Source: Octopus sinensis (taxonomy: Eukaryota). Taken from it: 9,523 nucleotides of DNA. Of this stretch, positions 7,942 through 9,523 are shown one piece after another (positions within the stretch are counted from its first letter, which is position 1; each line of letters begins with the position of its first letter). The DNA lies in the NCBI RefSeq assembly GCF_006345805.1, contig NW_021827929.1, forward strand, positions 1 to 9,523, given 5' to 3'. A program made the position numbers and the translations under genes. The notes under the pieces were generated by a model. The model saw nothing but the letters and a program-made list of their open reading frames with translations. It ran no database searches and was not told the DNA's origin.

Positions 7942-8025
7942 ATTGGGGAACTTAAGGGGCCGGAAAATGGGGTTGGTGAAGGCGTAGAAATTCTTCGACA
8001 ACTAATCCGGACTAATTCTGGAGGT
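7942..8025 (-). pseudogene. Tc1/mariner transposase remnant, distal part
   Basis: TSRISPD*LSKNFYAFTNPIFRPLKFPN; the final FRPLKFPN codons are each at most one substitution from the conserved FWPPNSPD motif. Confidence 0.7.
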
Positions 8026-8027
8026 AC

Positions 8028-8255
8028 GGCGAGCTGGCAGAAACGTTAGCACGCCGGGCGAGTTGCTTAGCGGTTTTTCGTCTGCGCTACGTTTTGAGTT
8101 CAAATTCCACCGAGGTCGACTTTGCCTTTCATCTTTTCGGGGTCGATAAATTAAGTAGCAGTTACGCACTGGGGTCGATGTAATCGACTTAATACCTATG
8201 TCTGGCCTTGTTTGTCCCCTCTGTGTTTAGCCCCTTGTGGGTAATAAAGAAATAG
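8028..8255 (+). mobile_element. tRNA-derived SINE family B, near full length, inserted in the transposase
   Basis: GGCGAGCTGGCAGAAACGTTAGCACGCCGGGCG...GAGTTCAAATTCC...CCCCTTGTGGGTAATAAAGAAATAG; collinear with 6335-6559. Confidence 0.9.
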
Positions 8256-8261
8256 GTATGT

Positions 8262-8649
8262 TACTGTCACTCGTATGACCTTTCAGTCGTAATCCTCTCC
8301 GGCCAGGGCTTGACTATAGTCTCCAATAGCTTTACTTAGCCGACCGGAAGTGAGGCTAAGGCCCTGTTCAAAGATGTGAGACAGCATGATGTCACCCTCA
8401 CTGGAAACACATCTAAAGGCCATCGCAGCTTTGGGCAATTTTGTTTTCATAATGTCCCTCTAGCGTCTTTGCAGTCGTTATAGTGTTCACGGAGTATTAA
8501 GCAGCAGTTTTGATGTCGGCAGTTTGACACCCGGCGCAAATCATAATCATACAGGTAACTCCTTTCCAATATTCACATGGCTTCAAGTCCTCCAAGTCAG
8601 CAAACTTTTGTTCAACTACAGCTTGAAACTTCATGCTCTCCAAAGCCAT
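8262..8649 (-). pseudogene. Decayed, internally deleted Tc1/mariner (maT/DD37D-like) transposase
   Basis: Putative N-terminal part MALESMKFQAVVEQKFADLEDLKPCEYWKGVTCMIMICAGCQTADIKTAA*YSVNT. From 8450: MKTKLPKAAMAFRCVSSEGDIMLSHIFEQGLSLTS, a +1 frameshift, then G*VKLLETIVKPWPERITTERSYE*Q*, matching the KTKFP.VM.FG.VSSEG..MPPHIF..GL....Y...LE..VKPW.......Y.WQQD pattern I recall for this family. Confidence 0.75.
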
Positions 8650-8953
8650 TGACTGTTGACCAATACATCAAGCTCTTCCTGTGAAAAAAAAAGGACACAT
8701 AAAAATCCTTAAATTTAGACCGAGCGTCCTCTATAATTATTCCTGTTTCTGCATTCAATTTTCGTCATAAAAATCGAATCGTAGTCGTGTCTCCGGTTCC
8801 ATATATTATATTTTCGACAAATTGTCTGGACGGAACCAACTTCTTTTCATGTCGGAACAAGAGAAGCGACTGCGTATCAGGATATTTAATACAGAAAATA
8901 TAATTAGTCAATAACTAATATCATTCTTTCATATATATATATGTGTGTATATA

Positions 8954-9216
8954 CAGTGTACATTTAAACACATACGAGATGGTCATAAGAAGATATATAA
9001 ACTGCTAGAAGGAGTAGTTAAAATCCAAACCCTAATTAGGGTTAATTTCGAAAGGGAATGAAAATCAAAAACATTTACCATCTATTTCCTGGACCATTGT
9101 TTCAGGCTATCTTCAGCAAATAATGTAATTTGCTAGGCAAAACTCTCATCAGCAGGAAAGCCAAAGATTTTAGCTACTTCTTCTAGAGGTTTGGATGTCC
9201 GATTAAATGTACACTG
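8954..9216. mobile_element. 263-bp MITE of Tc1/mariner type
   Basis: Perfect 14-bp TIRs CAGTGTACATTTAA (8954-8967) / TTAAATGTACACTG (9203-9216), each flanked by TA; additional subterminal inverted repeat 9005-9025 / 9166-9186 (19/21 match). Confidence 0.75.
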
Positions 9217-9308
9217 TATATATAATGAATAATATATAATTCTATTGACTAGTTTTTCTACACGTAAAGTCATAATGGTAAAAAAATTCTGAATGATATT
9301 TTACTACA

Positions 9309-9348
9309 GCGGTGGTGCCCCAGCATGGCTGCGGCCTTCGGGCTAAAA
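9309..9348 (+). mobile_element. Fragment sharing the SINE A 3' tip motif
   Basis: GCGGTGGTGCCCCAGCATGGCTGCGGCC matches 1902-1926, but the upstream sequence is unrelated to the SINE A module. Confidence 0.55.
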
Positions 9349-9523
9349 TATTTTTAAGGATTTACCCTGAAATTTACTAATCATATATATGTGTATAGAG
9401 ATAGATATATGTAACATATGGTATAATCCTAAACAGGGCAAATTTTAGCCATTTCTCCGCAGACTGAAAAAAAACAACTACAAGCAACTTTAATGGGTTC
9501 CCATTAGAAGCGTCTAACACCAT

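Noticed and set aside
8849-8900. MSEQEKRLRI..., vaguely like a mariner transposase N-terminus on the + strand
   Set aside because: Only about 10 residues, no TIR identified; too weak without a search
9491-9506. TAATGGG-TT-CCCATTA inverted repeat
   Set aside because: 7-bp arms are expected by chance in 9.5 kb

Overview
Eukaryotic, AT-rich, non-coding DNA made almost entirely of microsatellites and nested transposable-element remnants. The SINE types and the extreme (TA)n/(CA)n/(GATA)n/(AAT)n density look like an octopus (cephalopod) genome; this is inferred from memory, not from a search. I find no host protein-coding exon, and the supplied ORFs are nearly all translations of simple repeats. 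Supported elements: (i) tRNA-derived SINE family 'A' heads and 3' modules (1-1950, plus tips at ~7.9 kb and ~9.3 kb); (ii) SINE family 'B' copies (6335-6559, 8028-8255, and one split across 6558-6680/7725-7812); (iii) a ~1.04 kb composite (6681-7724) inserted into the split SINE, consisting of an inverted tail copy, a tRNA-like head, (AAT)n, and a tail carrying a hammerhead-ribozyme-like core, reminiscent of a non-autonomous Penelope-like or retrozyme-like element; (iv) a 5'-truncated R4/Dong-like RLE LINE inside that (AAT)n; (v) a decayed Tc1/mariner transposase on the minus strand (7942-8649); (vi) a 263-bp TA-flanked MITE with bipartite inverted repeats (8954-9216); (vii) a small CpG/G4/CCAAT-containing unique island near 4540-4800. 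All alignments and translations were done by eye.
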